Source of the DNA: Chrysomallon squamiferum
Lineage: Eukaryota > Animalia > Mollusca
NCBI GenBank assembly: GCA_012295275.1
Contig: CM022672.1
Coordinates: 15,934,001-15,998,000 of the forward strand
DNA: 64,000 nucleotides
Reading direction: 5' to 3'
The notes under the pieces were generated by a model that saw only the letters and a program-made list of their open reading frames with translations, was not told the DNA's origin and made no database searches. Of this stretch, positions 26,082 through 39,818 are shown piece by piece. How positions within the stretch are numbered: position 1 is the stretch's first letter; each line of letters opens with the position of its first letter. Both the position numbers and the translations under genes were made by a program.

Positions 26082-28811
26082 CATTTGCTAAAGCTACTTT
26101 GTGCTAATTCCCATAATTGCAGCAAGCAAATACAATTTCCCATTGGATTTCTTTTGCATGCAGAAAGCAAACATAGGAAAACAAAAGAGAAGAGAGTTCT
26201 AGAAAAATAACTTGTAAAGTATATTAAGTTTTGAAGGACTTAAGATTTTTCAAATATCATTACAATAGTTACAAAAAACAGAAAATGTATTGATAGGACG
26301 TAGACTTAATGAAGTGCTGACAACATAAAGCATTTACAAATTGATTTCATAATGAAAATTATGAATCTCCGCAGAATTCGCCAAATGACTCTGACGAAAT
26401 TTAGCTATAACATCAATTCTGATTATGCAGCCATCACGCTGAATTATGAAATTACAATAAGTAGTGTAATTTCAGTCCCATAATGCATTGCTTTTTTGCA
26501 CTGAAGTAAAATTACTGATCGTGCATGGTTATGTGTATGAGAAATTAAATGCGTTTTTCTTTTACTTCAATTAATTATTATTGATATTTATTATTATTAT
26601 TTATTATTATTATTATTATTATTATAAATAAATAAAAAAAAAAAAAATCAACACTGATTTTTGGCAATTAACACAGATACATAATGTCAAGGTTTCATTT
26701 TGAAAAACTGACTGCAAAGAACATGAAAATAAAATTTCTAAAAAACAAAACAGCTGTCATTTATTTAAAACTAGATTAAATGGTTAACTCAAGATTAAAA
26801 CTGAAAAACTTGAACTGCAGAAAGAGCTCACCGAAAAACATGGATTAATTATTGTACTGCTGCCTAAAATGTCTGCCAAGCCTAATAGAAAGCTGAGACC
26901 TTCCAAGCCTGGACATGAGTAGGCAGTGAGAGAAAGAAGAAGATGAAGAAATTTAAATAGTGAGACTGTAACTTAGTGGATGGAAAGAAAAAATATGTTG
27001 TGATAGAAGAAATAGGAGAGAAAGAAGAAAATGATAAAATTTAAATAAACATTTAATAATAACAATAATATAAAAGTTATGTTGGGACAGACTGTGAGTC
27101 AGTGGTTAGAGCTGTAAGGGAAGAAACAGTGGGAGAAAGACGAAGAAGAAGAAGAAAAAGAAACAAATAAAGGTAATAGTAATAAGTATGTTTGATGACT
27201 AATAACTGCTGGGGTTGGCTAAAACTCAATGTTTGGTGTTGGGATAAGAGAAAGAAGATATATCTATGATTTTAAGAGCATATTCTCTCTTTGAATGTAC
27301 AGAACAGATTTCACTCATTTGAGAAAAAACACAAAAAAAAAAAATCATTTCTCCAACACAACCACTTTTGCTCCACTTTCTCAAACACTTTAAAACGAGC
27401 TATTTCCCACCAAGTTCTTTTTTATTGTAGCATTGAAGAGAATATAATATTGTTATACTGAATCAATGTTCAGTGTTCCTTGCAAATAATGAGTCTTTCA
27501 TCAAACATTCAACTGTATTAAACAGTCATTGGTTGTGAGTTGACACATAAATATAAACACATCCTATTCAAAAACCACTGAAATACCAATCCATACATAC
27601 ATACAACTACATCCTATTCAACAGTTTTAAACAATCACTGAATTACCAATGACTACCAGTCCATAACATGAATATAACTACATCCTGTGTTATTTTATTT
27701 CATATTCAAAAAATTTAAACAAAAGTGTGTTCGAAATTCATTCAAGTATCGTTGGTCGCCTATTTAGACAGTTGGTGATTTTTATAATTTTTATTTATTT
27801 ATTTTTTTAATTGCCTCTGGGCATTTCTTTATTGCTGAGAACAATTTGCTGAATCATTTCCAAAGGATTTATTCATTTCTAGCCTTGGGGTAGAAGACAT
27901 TTTGATTTATCAGCTTTTTATCAATCGTAAAAAAAAAAAAAAAGAAGAAGAAGAAGAAAAGGAACAGTAACATAAATGAGAAATAAAATAATAAAAATAT
28001 ATAAAAAAAAAAAAAACCCCACCAAATAATATTATTTTATTTTTATCATATATTCACAAAAGACGATTTTTTAAAGTTCTTTTTCTTTATTTAAATTTAT
28101 TTTATTTAAGCTTCATTTTTCAACAGATGATAAAAACAAAACTAACAGTCTGAGAAGCTTTTAATGACAACAGATTGATTGACAAAATATCTGTGAATAG
28201 ATGTGACAACCAACACCAGTGACAACGTCGATATATTGACCATCTGCACACAGAGATGCTTTGTATGTATAATCTGCTCAAACATAACTTTATATTCAAC
28301 ATGATGCATGTGTGTGAGTAAATGTGTTTGCATTTGTACATGAAATGTGTGTGTGTGTGTGTGTGTGTGTGTTGTATTTGTCTATATGTTCATGTACATA
28401 TGTTTTTATGTGTTTTGATACTTGTATGTGAGAGGGAAAGTACACAAAATTACATTTAAAACTGACATTTCAAAAGCATTTATCATACTTGTGTGTTACT
28501 TGAAGAGCAGAGTAAATACCACACACACACACACACACACACACATTTAATTTTGATACATGTTGATTACTCACAAAAAACTGAATGAAACTGACAGAAG
28601 AGACTGTAATCTTCTTTCAAATGACAACAACTTTTTGGATAACAGAGCTTTTTTTTGTTGGTTTCTTCAAAATATATATATATACAATTTTTCTTACTTT
28701 GCAATAAAATTATTGATCAAATGTGAATGGAACTTTTGAAATTGATTTTAAAAATAATAATAATGATAATAAAAAATAAAAAAAATAGATATATAAATAA
28801 GTAAATAAATA

Positions 28812-28877
<66 letters not shown>

Positions 28878-29140
28878 TAATATTAATATTATTAATAATA
28901 ATCGTTTTCATTTTATTAAAATTGCATTAAAATTGTTTATGAAATTTTAAAAGTAAGAAATCCTTATCCAGGCCTAAACACAACCTTCAGCTGATGATGA
29001 CAGGTAATAGATTACAAAGTGGTGTAATGCCAGGTAAAGTCAGGTGATTGAGGAACACCTGGAAATGGGCCCTCGGGCCATGCATGCTTCCCAGTGTCAG
29101 TCTAGACACACCACATCACTTGACATTTTATCTTTACATC

Positions 29141-29335
29141 TTTTCACTGAATTTTATATTACACATTTTCTTTTATTTTCACAGAATTTTATATTACACA
29201 TTTTCTTTTATTTTCACAGAATTTTATATTACACATTTTCTTTTATTTTCACTGAATTTTATATTACACATTCACTGAGTTTTATTTTACACATTTTCTT
29301 TTATTTTCACTGAGTTTTAGTTTAAACATTCTTTT
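29141..29335. repeat. 35 bp minisatellite (TTTTCACTGAATTTTATATTACACATTTTCTTTTA), ~5 copies
   Basis: Units start at 29141, 29176, 29211 and 29246. Confidence 0.92.
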
Positions 29336-29397
29336 CTTATGTAGAAAAAATTATTTTAACATGTGGAAGATGTAGATTTTATTTGTCTGTCTCCCTG

Positions 29398-29441
<44 letters not shown>

Positions 29442-30249
29442 ATGAAACAACATAATCACATCACCTTTTCCCTAAATTTTATTTTAATTTTTTAAATTTT
29501 TTGTTTTATTTTAAAAAAAAAAATGTTTGTTGACAAAAATGACAAAACGTTTGTTCTTTAAAACCAAACAATGAGAAGCATGTGGACTTTTGCCAAAATA
29601 AATTGGCGGCACCATGAAGAAAGTGGCTGAGGCTGAACAATGACCTTCCAGCTGTTTGGCTGGCTTCAACAGCACAAATATTTCCTTTTGTTTAATCAAT
29701 AGTGAGATGTCAGCAGTATTAAAAACACACAAGCATCTTCTAAAGAGATTAAACAACCCTTTGTTCATTACTGCTTGTAGGATTAACTTACCTGTAACGT
29801 TTTGTTTAGTTTATTATTATCATTTCATTTCATTTCATTTTAATTAATTAATTAATTTATTTATTTGATTATTTATTTATTTTGTTTGATTATTTATTTA
29901 CTTATTTATTTTGTTTGTTTATTTATTTATTAGTTATTCTTTGTCATCCCATCAGATTAAGATAGTCATAATAGACTGCTTAAATGCAATTACTTTAGTA
30001 CATTCTGTTATTTATTTCATTTAGCTATTAAATTTTTATTTATAATTGTTATTATTTTTGTAATTGTTGTGGTAGTTATTAATCTTATTATTAATGTAAA
30101 CCATTGCAATTTAAACAGATAAAAAAAACACTTTTAATTAATTTTATTTCACTACTGGTTTTTTTGAAATTCATATTTATTTTATTTATTATTATTTTTC
30201 TTTTCAAACAGCCATTTTTATAGGACGATGTTCAGAAATATAAACATTT

Positions 30250-30460
30250 GTCAAGATGATGTTTACAAATATAATCATTCAACTGGATCAGTTTCACCAG
30301 TATAATCATCCGACTGGATCATATTTACAACTATAATCATCTGACGAGATGACGTTCACAAATATTAAAATTAATTGGATCATATGACTGAATGATGTTC
30401 AGTGCAGTAATCTTTTAATTGGATGATCTTCACAAAAGTAATCATTTATCAGGATGATCA
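30250..30460. repeat. Degenerate 31 bp tandem repeat (TATAATCAT..ACTGGATCA)
   Basis: TATAATCAT occurs at 30270, 30301 and 30332. Confidence 0.7.
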
Positions 30461-31039
30461 CCCATGCACAAACTTAAATGTAGAATCACAAATACAATTA
30501 TTTATGGATGACTCTGCTAATTTGCCCTCAACACGTGCGTCTGAGCTGGTTTTAACTGCCTTTCTCTCAATACCTGCAATAAATCACCAATAAACATGGC
30601 CTCCATGCAAAAACCTGCCTCTTTATACCAAGTCCAGCATTTCTCACACACACTGTAAACTACATCCCATTTTTACTGGGCAGTAAGCATTTAAATATTT
30701 CCCCCGGCACCTAATTGGAAGGATACAAAAATGCAGTTACCAGACGGATCTTCAGAAATGAGAGTTTACACAGTGCACAAAGACTATTATGTCAGCACCA
30801 GATGCTGATAGAAGGGGGGTAACATTAAATGTTAACCTGTTATGAATTTCTGCACAATCCCTTGGAATTAGGAATACTAAAAGCTGCATGGTTTATGGGT
30901 CAGTGACCTATCTGTGGAGTTATCTCATTGCTGGTATGTAACTTAATGATGTATTAAGATAACCCGCCAATTTCTCTTTCTAGAATATCACACGTTGGTG
31001 ATTAAAGCATTGGAAACCGTAAAGTAAGAATATGGTCAT

Positions 31040-31800
31040 CAAACCTGTGCGAAAATAAAACCCTGGTGGAACCAATGAGAAAATAACAAGGCAGAATCTG
31101 TGAGATAAAAACGACAAGATTTAAAACCATGGAAGAACCTACATGGCAAAAAAAAAAAAAAACCAAGGTAAAATGTGAAAACCTAGTGAAACCATAGAGG
31201 AATCTGTGAGATAAAAACCTAGTGGAACCTATGGGATAATAACATGGTAGATTCTTTAAGATAAAAACATAGTAGAACCTATGAGATAATAACATGGTAG
31301 AGTCTTTAAGATAAAAACCTAGTAGAACCTATGGGATAATAACATGGTAGAGTCTTTAAGATAAAAATATAGTAAAACCTATGGGGTAAAAATGTGGAAA
31401 AGCCAAAGTATGTGACAAAAAAGGAGGTAGAATTTGTGAGCTAAAAACATGATAACAATTACCAGATTTAAAACCATGATATAGACTACAAGGTAATGCC
31501 TATGATACAAATACCTGGTTAAAACTTAGGAAGCAAAATGAATAGAACCTATGAAGTAAAAACTTTATAAAACCTCCAAAGCAAAGATATGACAAAAAAG
31601 AAAACTATGAAGAAAAAAACAGATAAAATCTATGAAGTAAAAACCTAATAAAACCAATGAGGTAAATATTATGGTAAAATCCACAAGATAGAAAAAAGGT
31701 AAGTTCCAAGAGGATAAAAACTATGAGGTATGATAAAAAAAATTCCTAAAACCTATGAGATAAAAATATGGTGAAACCTGTAAGATAAAAACACTGAACA
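31040..31800. repeat. ~25 bp minisatellite (AAAACATGGTAGAACCTATGAGATA) with a conserved 50 bp dimer core
   Basis: GAACCTATG occurs at 31225, 31275 and 31325, and the array decays towards both edges. Confidence 0.85.
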
Positions 31801-33097
31801 GTGTATGAGTTATAAACACGAACAAGCTTTTCTATGTGGCAAAAACACATTGGAAATCTGTTTCGATGATGTTATTTAAAAACAACTTGTTATCTTCTTG
31901 TCTTATCAGTTTTAACTAGATAAATTACATCATAAAATCTGTTTTTGTACACTGATCACTTTTACACCTAACTATTTGGCTGGAAACCAGTCAAGTTTGA
32001 AAGGGAGATCACTGTATATTAAATTAACACATGATTGCATGGCTTTCATCATGAATGAAGTTATTATGACAAAAAAAAAAAAAAAAAAAAAAAGAATTTT
32101 ACACTGTAGCAAATATGTAACAACTTTAAAAGGTTTTCTTCTTATATATTTAAAATTATTTTTCCATATTTTTTCTTCTTTAAAATTTAATTATATATAT
32201 ATATTTTTTTTAAATTACATATTTATACTGTACACATTTTTCCCACCCTTTTTCATGATCTTGAGACTTTATATTAAATCATTGTTATCTTTAATAAATA
32301 TGACAACAACATCTATACAGACATTATTCAGAACCAATGGTTTCAGATCAAATCTGGGAAGAAGACATTCCTATTCAATGAGTTTGATAAGTTTTGGGAT
32401 ATTTCCAGGAAATAAATTAAAGAATGTCTGACAGACTCACAACCTCAGACATAATCATCACCTGTATGAAAGTAGGAAGTATACTGAAATACATCAGTCC
32501 TTTTCATTGGGCGCAATAACATCTTAGTAACATACTAAAACAGTCTTCTTTATACAAACAATATCTTCCATTAGCAGTAGATTATCATTACCAGCACTTG
32601 CTGATAATCTCTCTGTGTATTACTTGTCATGTAAGAACCATAAATAGACATGGTTCTGTGTAAGGAAATAAATTTATAACACAGTCACTTCTAGGTCTGA
32701 GTAGTTTAAATTGTTTTTAACAAGAGCTTTTTCTTTTGTCTTTTACCACAGACTAGAAAGAATCGATGATAATACCTTGATACTCTGTCTATGAAGAAAC
32801 AGTTGGAATAGGAAAATGGTTCTGAGTGTCCACAAAGAAAGACTGAGCCTTATGGGTCTATCATGCAGTGTTATTAAGTTATCATGAAAAACAGAATTTA
32901 AAAAAAAAAAATTTAAAAAAAAAATTAAAAAATGACACAAATAATTAAAAATTTAAAGAATAAGAAGAAAAACTAACATAAATGATTAACCAAAACATCT
33001 GCATTGATTAAACTATTCACCAAATCAATTATTATTTTAATTCAAAACTTTCCCCACTTTAAATGTTTACTTCTTCCCACAACAAACACAGACTCAC

Positions 33098-33311
33098 CAG
33101 TCCTTTCGGGGCGTTTCTGCGGAAGAAAGCTTTGCAAGACTCGCAGGAAATGGCGTCGAAGTTGTAGCCGAGCGCCCTGTCCCCGCAGACGCCGCAGTAT
33201 TTGTCTTCTTTGTTCTTGCGCCCCTTCGTGGACGACATCCCGTCTGGGGACATCGTCTCCATCGACCGGTACGGGTGGGACACGGCCTCCATGCTGTTGG
33301 AATCTTCAAAG
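33098..33311 (-). CDS. HR96: Exon 2: first zinc finger and P-box (KYCGVCGDRALGYNFDAISCESCKAFFRRNAPKGL)
   Basis: Canonical nuclear receptor finger 1. The acceptor is ...gtttttctgcag|C with a CTAAT branch-like site at 33343-33339, and the donor is CTG|gtgagt. An internal ATG at 33292 has a good context (AGCATGG). Confidence 0.96.
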
Positions 33312-33495
33312 CTGCAGAAAAACAACAACAACAACAACATTAGAAAGTGTGTGGATGAAAGATGTGTGTTAAACATATGTAAACTTATGATATACTAATG
33401 AATACAGCATTAAAAAAAAGAAAAAAAAAAAAAGCTTTCCAGGATCACATCGGTTTTTATGTGGTATATTGTAATGTACTAACTTTGTTAACAAC

Positions 33496-33615
33496 ACAAT
33501 ACAATACAATACAATACAATACAATATCAATATAATATAATATAATATAATATAATATAATATAATATAATATAATATAATATAATATAATATAATATAA
33601 TATAATATAATATAA
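33496..33615. repeat. Pentanucleotide microsatellite (ACAAT)6 then (TATAA)17
   Basis: Directly visible, ~185 nt into intron 1 from the exon-2 acceptor. Confidence 0.95.
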
Positions 33616-34949
33616 TTTAATTAATATATATAGTACTCCAAGGACATGATTTTTGTTATTTGCACAATAATTTGATATACAATTCATATGGTATTACATT
33701 CCTACATTTTCACCACAACCATACAATTTTGTATTCAGGAAACATACAGGTTTGTTATGATGTCGGGAGAGTATATGTAATAAAGAAGAAAAAGAAGAAA
33801 TATATTTAAAAATTACAAATCTAAAATGAAAAAATAATAATTAAAATAATTAAAATTAACTAATTTAAAACAAAAACAAAAGACTGAAATAATGTTTAAA
33901 AAGTAAATGAAAAGAGATAAACAAAAAAAATTAATTAAATAAACCAGCATGAGAAAATAAATAGAAATATTGATAAGAAAAAAGTTCAAATCTATAGGAG
34001 AAATGTAAACCAACATCATTAGCATATATATTAAAATATCACAGCTTTTGTGTGAAACAAAGCGAACAAAATAACATAAATAAATAAATAAATAAATAAA
34101 TAATTCTTAAATGAGGTGTAAGAGGAACAAGGTATGAAGAGACTAAAGACCAGTAGTAAAGGTTTTTTTTAAAAAGAAAATAAGAACAGTCAAAGAGATT
34201 CTTGTGAAAAACACAAAATTTTGAACATTAAGGCACTAAATAAAATGATGGAGATTTTTATCAGTCTGTTTTTGACAGAAAACAACAACCCACCTGCCAA
34301 AAGACCCAAACAATTAAAGATAAAAAGTTACTATAAAATAATAATAATAATACAATAATAATGATAATAAGAACAACAACAACAATAATAACAACAACAA
34401 TAGTAATTACAAAGAAATGACATTTAAAGAAAAATAATAATAACTACTTATTAATAAATAAAATAAATAAACTCTAGATTATGACTAGTTTTGAGAAAGG
34501 AATAAAAAAAAAAAAAAAAACGAGAACAAAAAAACCACACGAGCTCTGAACAAAAGAGCTTATTATTATATGTATAATTAATCACAGATTGTTAAAACGT
34601 CAGTATGTAACTTGATGTAATGAACTGTCTGTAAGATGCACATATTATTGCATGTGTTGTATGGAAACACTTTGTGTGGAGAATTCATAATGCACTGAAA
34701 TATTAATGTGGAAAACGACAGAGAGCTGTATTATGAAAACAATAAAGCTGTATTGAAAATATTACCACAGCTCAAGTATTGGCATCGTGCCATAATACAA
34801 TACAGATAATGTATTATTAACAACAGTGTCAAAAATAATACTGCCAATTATTTTAATGACAAAATACTCTCCTATAAATGATAATGTTATATGCATGTCA
34901 ATGTGTTATAATTAATATGCAGCAGGCTGTATTGTAAGAATATTAACAT

Positions 34950-35420
34950 TAATAATGAATTTAGAACAAAAATTACCAAAACAAATAATGCCATAACTGT
35001 ACTGAAAATAGAGTCCTGATATTTTCAAAACAGTAAGTCACAAGTATACTTCAAGAATAATAATAATATTACTACCAAAACAACAACAGTAAAAATATAC
35101 TGAAAATATACTGTATTAATATTACCATAAACAGTAGTTACGAGTATAGTGAAAAAAATAATAATGATATTATCAAAACAATAATATCAAATACACAATA
35201 TTAATATCACCAAACAGTAATGTCACAAGTGTACTGAAAATATAGTAAAAATATTACCAAAACAACAGTACTGAAATACCCAGTTTTAGCAACACCAAAA
35301 CAGTAATGTCAAAAATATTACCAAAACAATAGCACTGCTGTTGTACTGAGAACAGATATTCTTGTTCACATAGTACTGACAATTACACAATACACAATTA
35401 GAAAATATTACCAAATCTAT
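34950..35420. repeat. Degenerate tandem repeat (AATATTACCAAAACAACAGTA / TACTGAAAATA)
   Basis: Recurrent motifs with an irregular period. Confidence 0.65.
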
Positions 35421-35833
35421 AACAGCTGAACTGACAGAGATAACTAGACTCGAAACAAGTGAAACTATAAGATAACCTTTGATATTCACACACCCAAACG
35501 AAGCACAATGAATTTGATGCTAAAAAGAATATTTCTTCACAAATATTCTAATATATTTTTCATGGCCAACAGAGTGGGTGACGGTTGAATAAATTTCAAA
35601 GTTTAAATGTTCAGATCCATAGTGATGTTTCAAATTACTGTATTAAAAATACATCAGTTGCTGTTGTTGTAGTCGAAGAATATTCAATTAACTGAGTCTA
35701 TATAAATTTTAGAAGTGTATAAAAAATGTGGTGTAACAGAAATTTATGATTTTTCTTATTTACGTTGTTATTATGAAACGTATTTTACTTACAGATATAC
35801 TGTGTGTGTAAACACACAGACATTATATAGACA

Positions 35834-35889
<56 letters not shown>

Positions 35890-36164
35890 CATATGGAAGA
35901 ATTAACAGATCAATATTATCAACATATAATGAAGAGCTACAGCTAACTGATTGGTGTGTGTGTGTGTACAGATGAAATCTGACATATTTACTGTATGCAT
36001 TTACTATTATTACAAATTAAGTAAGTTTATTTGTGGAAGAAAAAGTAATTGCTTTATTGATCTGCTTGTTATTACAGTAATTGTAGACAGTGCCAGACGT
36101 AATTCAATGATTAGATAATACATGCTCATCAGGATGTGAAAAATAAAACAGAAATATTGAAGAC

Positions 36165-36273
<109 letters not shown>

Positions 36274-37929
36274 ATGTGTGCAAGTGAGAGGTTAAAAGTC
36301 TTCAAACTGAGAAGGTTCTGGCTGGACTAGGAGACAAAACAATGTGAATTCTGTGATGGATTAATCTAGTTTAGTTTTTTTTTTAAAAACTCATCAACTC
36401 ACTGAACATCTCTTTGAAAAAAAAAAAAATGTAACCCTACTCCACCCATCACCCCCATAGTTCTACCCTGCTCTAGTCAAGTTATTAAAAGATTTCAACT
36501 AGAAGCTGCGTTCCTGTAATGAACAACAACAAATGATCCCTTTGAAATTCTGACTTGAAAACTATTTAATTTATTGCATCAACAGTGGCCCCAAGTTGAC
36601 AGGACATTCTAACATGGCTGCTCTTTCTTCTGAACCAAAACAAAAATGCGGGGGTCTGGGCTAAAACCAGGAAGGCTAATCACAAGATGAAACTGAAGTT
36701 TAGGTGGGTAATGGAGCGACCACATCTGCAAGTCAATTTTCTCAAGTGGCAATGCACCAGTCGACCCTGCAACCTACTTTAGAAAAATCTTGTTCAGTGT
36801 GGATTTTTATAGCTCAGACCAGATTTCATACACAGAGCTGGGACTTTTCAAACTGCAGTGTTGCATTTTTTGTAGTTCAGTTTTACATTTCCTAGTTGAG
36901 TTGTTTTTTTAATAATGTAGTTCAGGGTTGTTGTTTGTTTTAAAATTTTATTACAGCACACTAGTTAAATTTATATTATGCTGTGGATACGCACTAAGAT
37001 AACTTTTGTTTGAAAAACAATCAAGTTTACTGGTGTAACTAGAACTGTTCTGAATACAAACACCAGTGTATGCTGATAATGTACTTAGGTTAAGAAACCA
37101 TCTAATTAAAAATATTTTTCTTCTACCCTCTCATTTAGATCTATCAGTCCACCCCTCCATCCATCCCTTTCTCTATCAGTACCTCAAGCAACCCACCTGT
37201 CCACCCACTCCACCAGCAGGCTTCTTCACCCACACAACCTTGTTTTTTTTTCTTTTTCCGTAGCATGATTTCCACCCTCACATCCACACCTATGATTGAA
37301 TTCTTTTGTGTCTTCTTTTTTTTTTTTTTTTTTTTTTTCTCTTTCTGTACCAGTATCATCCACCTACTGAACCCAGCACACAGCGAGTGCAAGTCTGGTA
37401 CATTTAGTCACTGTCACAGTCTTTTGTAATATTTCTAATTACTAAGCAAAACTGAGATAAGTTTAAAAACTGAGAATAGACAGCGCTTTCCCAGGTTTAG
37501 GATAATACTGTAACTAAAATGACAGGACCATCTCCCTGAACTGTGATTTGATGCAGGATCTATACCCCTTCAGCTTGCCCATTCTAGTACTTTAAAAAAA
37601 ACAAAAAAAACAAACAATGAACACAAAACGAAAACAGCACAATCAAGTCTGATAAATGGGACAAAGATATAAATGATTTCATGAAGATAATGACAGAAAA
37701 TTAAAACAGAGTGAATTTTGTTGTTCCAGTGTCATCATTGTGTAAAAAACTATATGTCTGATAGCTGTTAATAATCAATATTAAACGGAGTTGTCAAACA
37801 AATACTCATTGATTTATTCAGTAGTTATTTCAGAAGATTGTGTATTAAATAACAGTCACACTTCAGTAGATACAGAAATTTACTCTAGCTATTTATTCTG
37901 TACAAGTCGAAATAGGAAAGTGCATATAT

Positions 37930-38415
37930 TTGTGTATGCTTGTGACTATTTGATATGAATCTTTCAGTGTGTGTGTGTGTATTCGTGTATGTGTTTGGTG
38001 TATGTTTGTGACTGATATAAATCATTCAGTGTGTGTGTGTGTTTGTGTATGTGTTTGGTGTATGTTTGTGACTGATATAAATCTTTCAGTGTGTGTGTGT
38101 GTATTCGTGTATGTGTTTGGTGTATGTTTGTGACTGATATAAATCATTTAATGTGTGTGTGTGTATTCGTGTATGTGTTTGGTGTATGTTTGTGACTGAT
38201 ATAAATCTTTCAGTGTGTGTGTGTGTATTTGTGTATGTGTTTGGTGTATGTTTGTGACTGATATAAATCATTTAATGTGTGTGTGTGTATTTGTGTATGT
38301 GTTTGGTGTATGTTTGTGACTGATATAAATCATTCAAAGTGTGTGTGTGTGTTTTGTGTATGTGTTTGGTGTATGTTTGTGACTGATATAAATCATTCAA
38401 AGTGTGTGTGTGTGT
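37930..38415. repeat. 60-63 bp minisatellite with an embedded (TG)n, 7+ copies
   Basis: GACTGATATA occurs at 38010, 38070, 38132, 38194, 38256, 38318 and 38381. Confidence 0.95.
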
Positions 38416-39776
38416 TGATATGTTTACATCTATGTAGATTTGCACATTACATGTGGACTAAATATTTTTTTAAGACAAAAGTTTTAATATATATATATAT
38501 AAATTTTTCTTTTTTCTGCCTTTAGAACAGCAATATATTTGCATTGTTGTTCTTTTCCACCTTTGTTTCTATTTTTTTTTCAATATCCTCTATTCTTAAA
38601 AATTAAATTTAATAACTTTTTTCATGTGGTTTTAATTAAAAAAAAATTTAAATCATTTTTTTTTTCCCAATTCAATTTTCTTCTTCTCAACTTTCCAAGT
38701 TTGTTGACTTAAATTGAAAAAAAAAAAATAAGAACAATTTTTATAAATTCCATGTCATTACAAATTATTTCAATGAATACTAACAAAAAACTTTTCTTTC
38801 ACTCTGGAACTGAATTTCCTAATTTTATTTTTTAAAGTAATATTTATAATCTTCTTCAACATAATTTTAAGACAATTTTTTCTTTCGGAAATTTAAAATT
38901 GACCATAAAAATATTCAGTATTCCATTTGTTTTTTGTTTGTTTCTATAATCAGAATTTGAAATAATTTCATTGAGTATATTATATAAAACTTTTAAAACA
39001 AAACATTTTAAACTTTCCAAACAGAGGCAATCATAAATTCTTTTAATAATATTTCCTTTGAACTGAGTTCACCAAAATTCTACACAAAAATTTGAAGATA
39101 ATTTTCTTAGTTTCAAAAAACACAAAGTCTCTTAAACTTTCTGAAGAGTTGAAATCATAATTTGTTTTAAAATTATATCAGTTTTTATTAACAAAATTTC
39201 TGTTAAAATTAAAAGACAATTTTGTTCAGTTTAAAAAAAAAAGAAATAATAATAAAAAAAAGAAGCAAAGAGTAAAAAAATCCTTTGACACGTTCAACAA
39301 TTATCGACGACAGATCATCGTAATTTCTTTCAGTTTTTTTTTTCTTAGTAAGGATTTCACTGTGTTTGTTAACAAAAGCTCTACTGTGGTGGAAACAAAC
39401 TGAAAGCTTTCACTGTCAAATTGCTACAAGAACTCCAGGGTCAGCTGGTGCAAAGCAACACAGAGAACAATGACCAGTGAGAAAAGCGGGGTTCCCCTGC
39501 TTGCCTGCGACTTGCCAACAGTCAGCTTTACCAGGAGGAATCTGCCCATCGAGTGAGATGCTGTGAACTGTAATTTAATGAAGTCCAAGTGTTAAAGGAA
39601 TTCTCAGCTGCCGCAGGATGTGAATCAGATGATGACGGCATTGTTCATGTAACAACCTGCAGTGGCTGTACAGCTGTTGACGTTATTAATTTGCAAATCA
39701 TTTGTTATCATTTCGCTTGTTTAATTCACAAGTCAGATAAACTTGTTTTCGTGCCTTTTTTTCTTCTTTTTCCTAT

Positions 39777-39818
<42 letters not shown>

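Noticed and set aside
31976-32431. 151-aa plus-strand ORF, and other long AT-rich ORFs such as 19365..19763 and 46761..47487
   Set aside because: F/I/L/K-biased translations of AT-rich non-coding DNA with homopolymer runs and no domain.
33312-33376. Signal-peptide-like N-terminus (MLLLLLFFC) of ORF 33059..33376
   Set aside because: This is the translated (GTT)n/polypyrimidine tract of the intron-1 acceptor, not coding sequence.
33004-33398. Plus-strand ORFs of 122 aa and 65 aa over exon 2
   Set aside because: Antisense shadows of a GC-rich coding exon, with no recognisable domain.
37930-38415. Regularly spaced repeats resembling a CRISPR array (also 18639-19022 and 45985-46320)
   Set aside because: Head-to-tail tandem units with no unique spacers, no cas genes, and a eukaryotic context.
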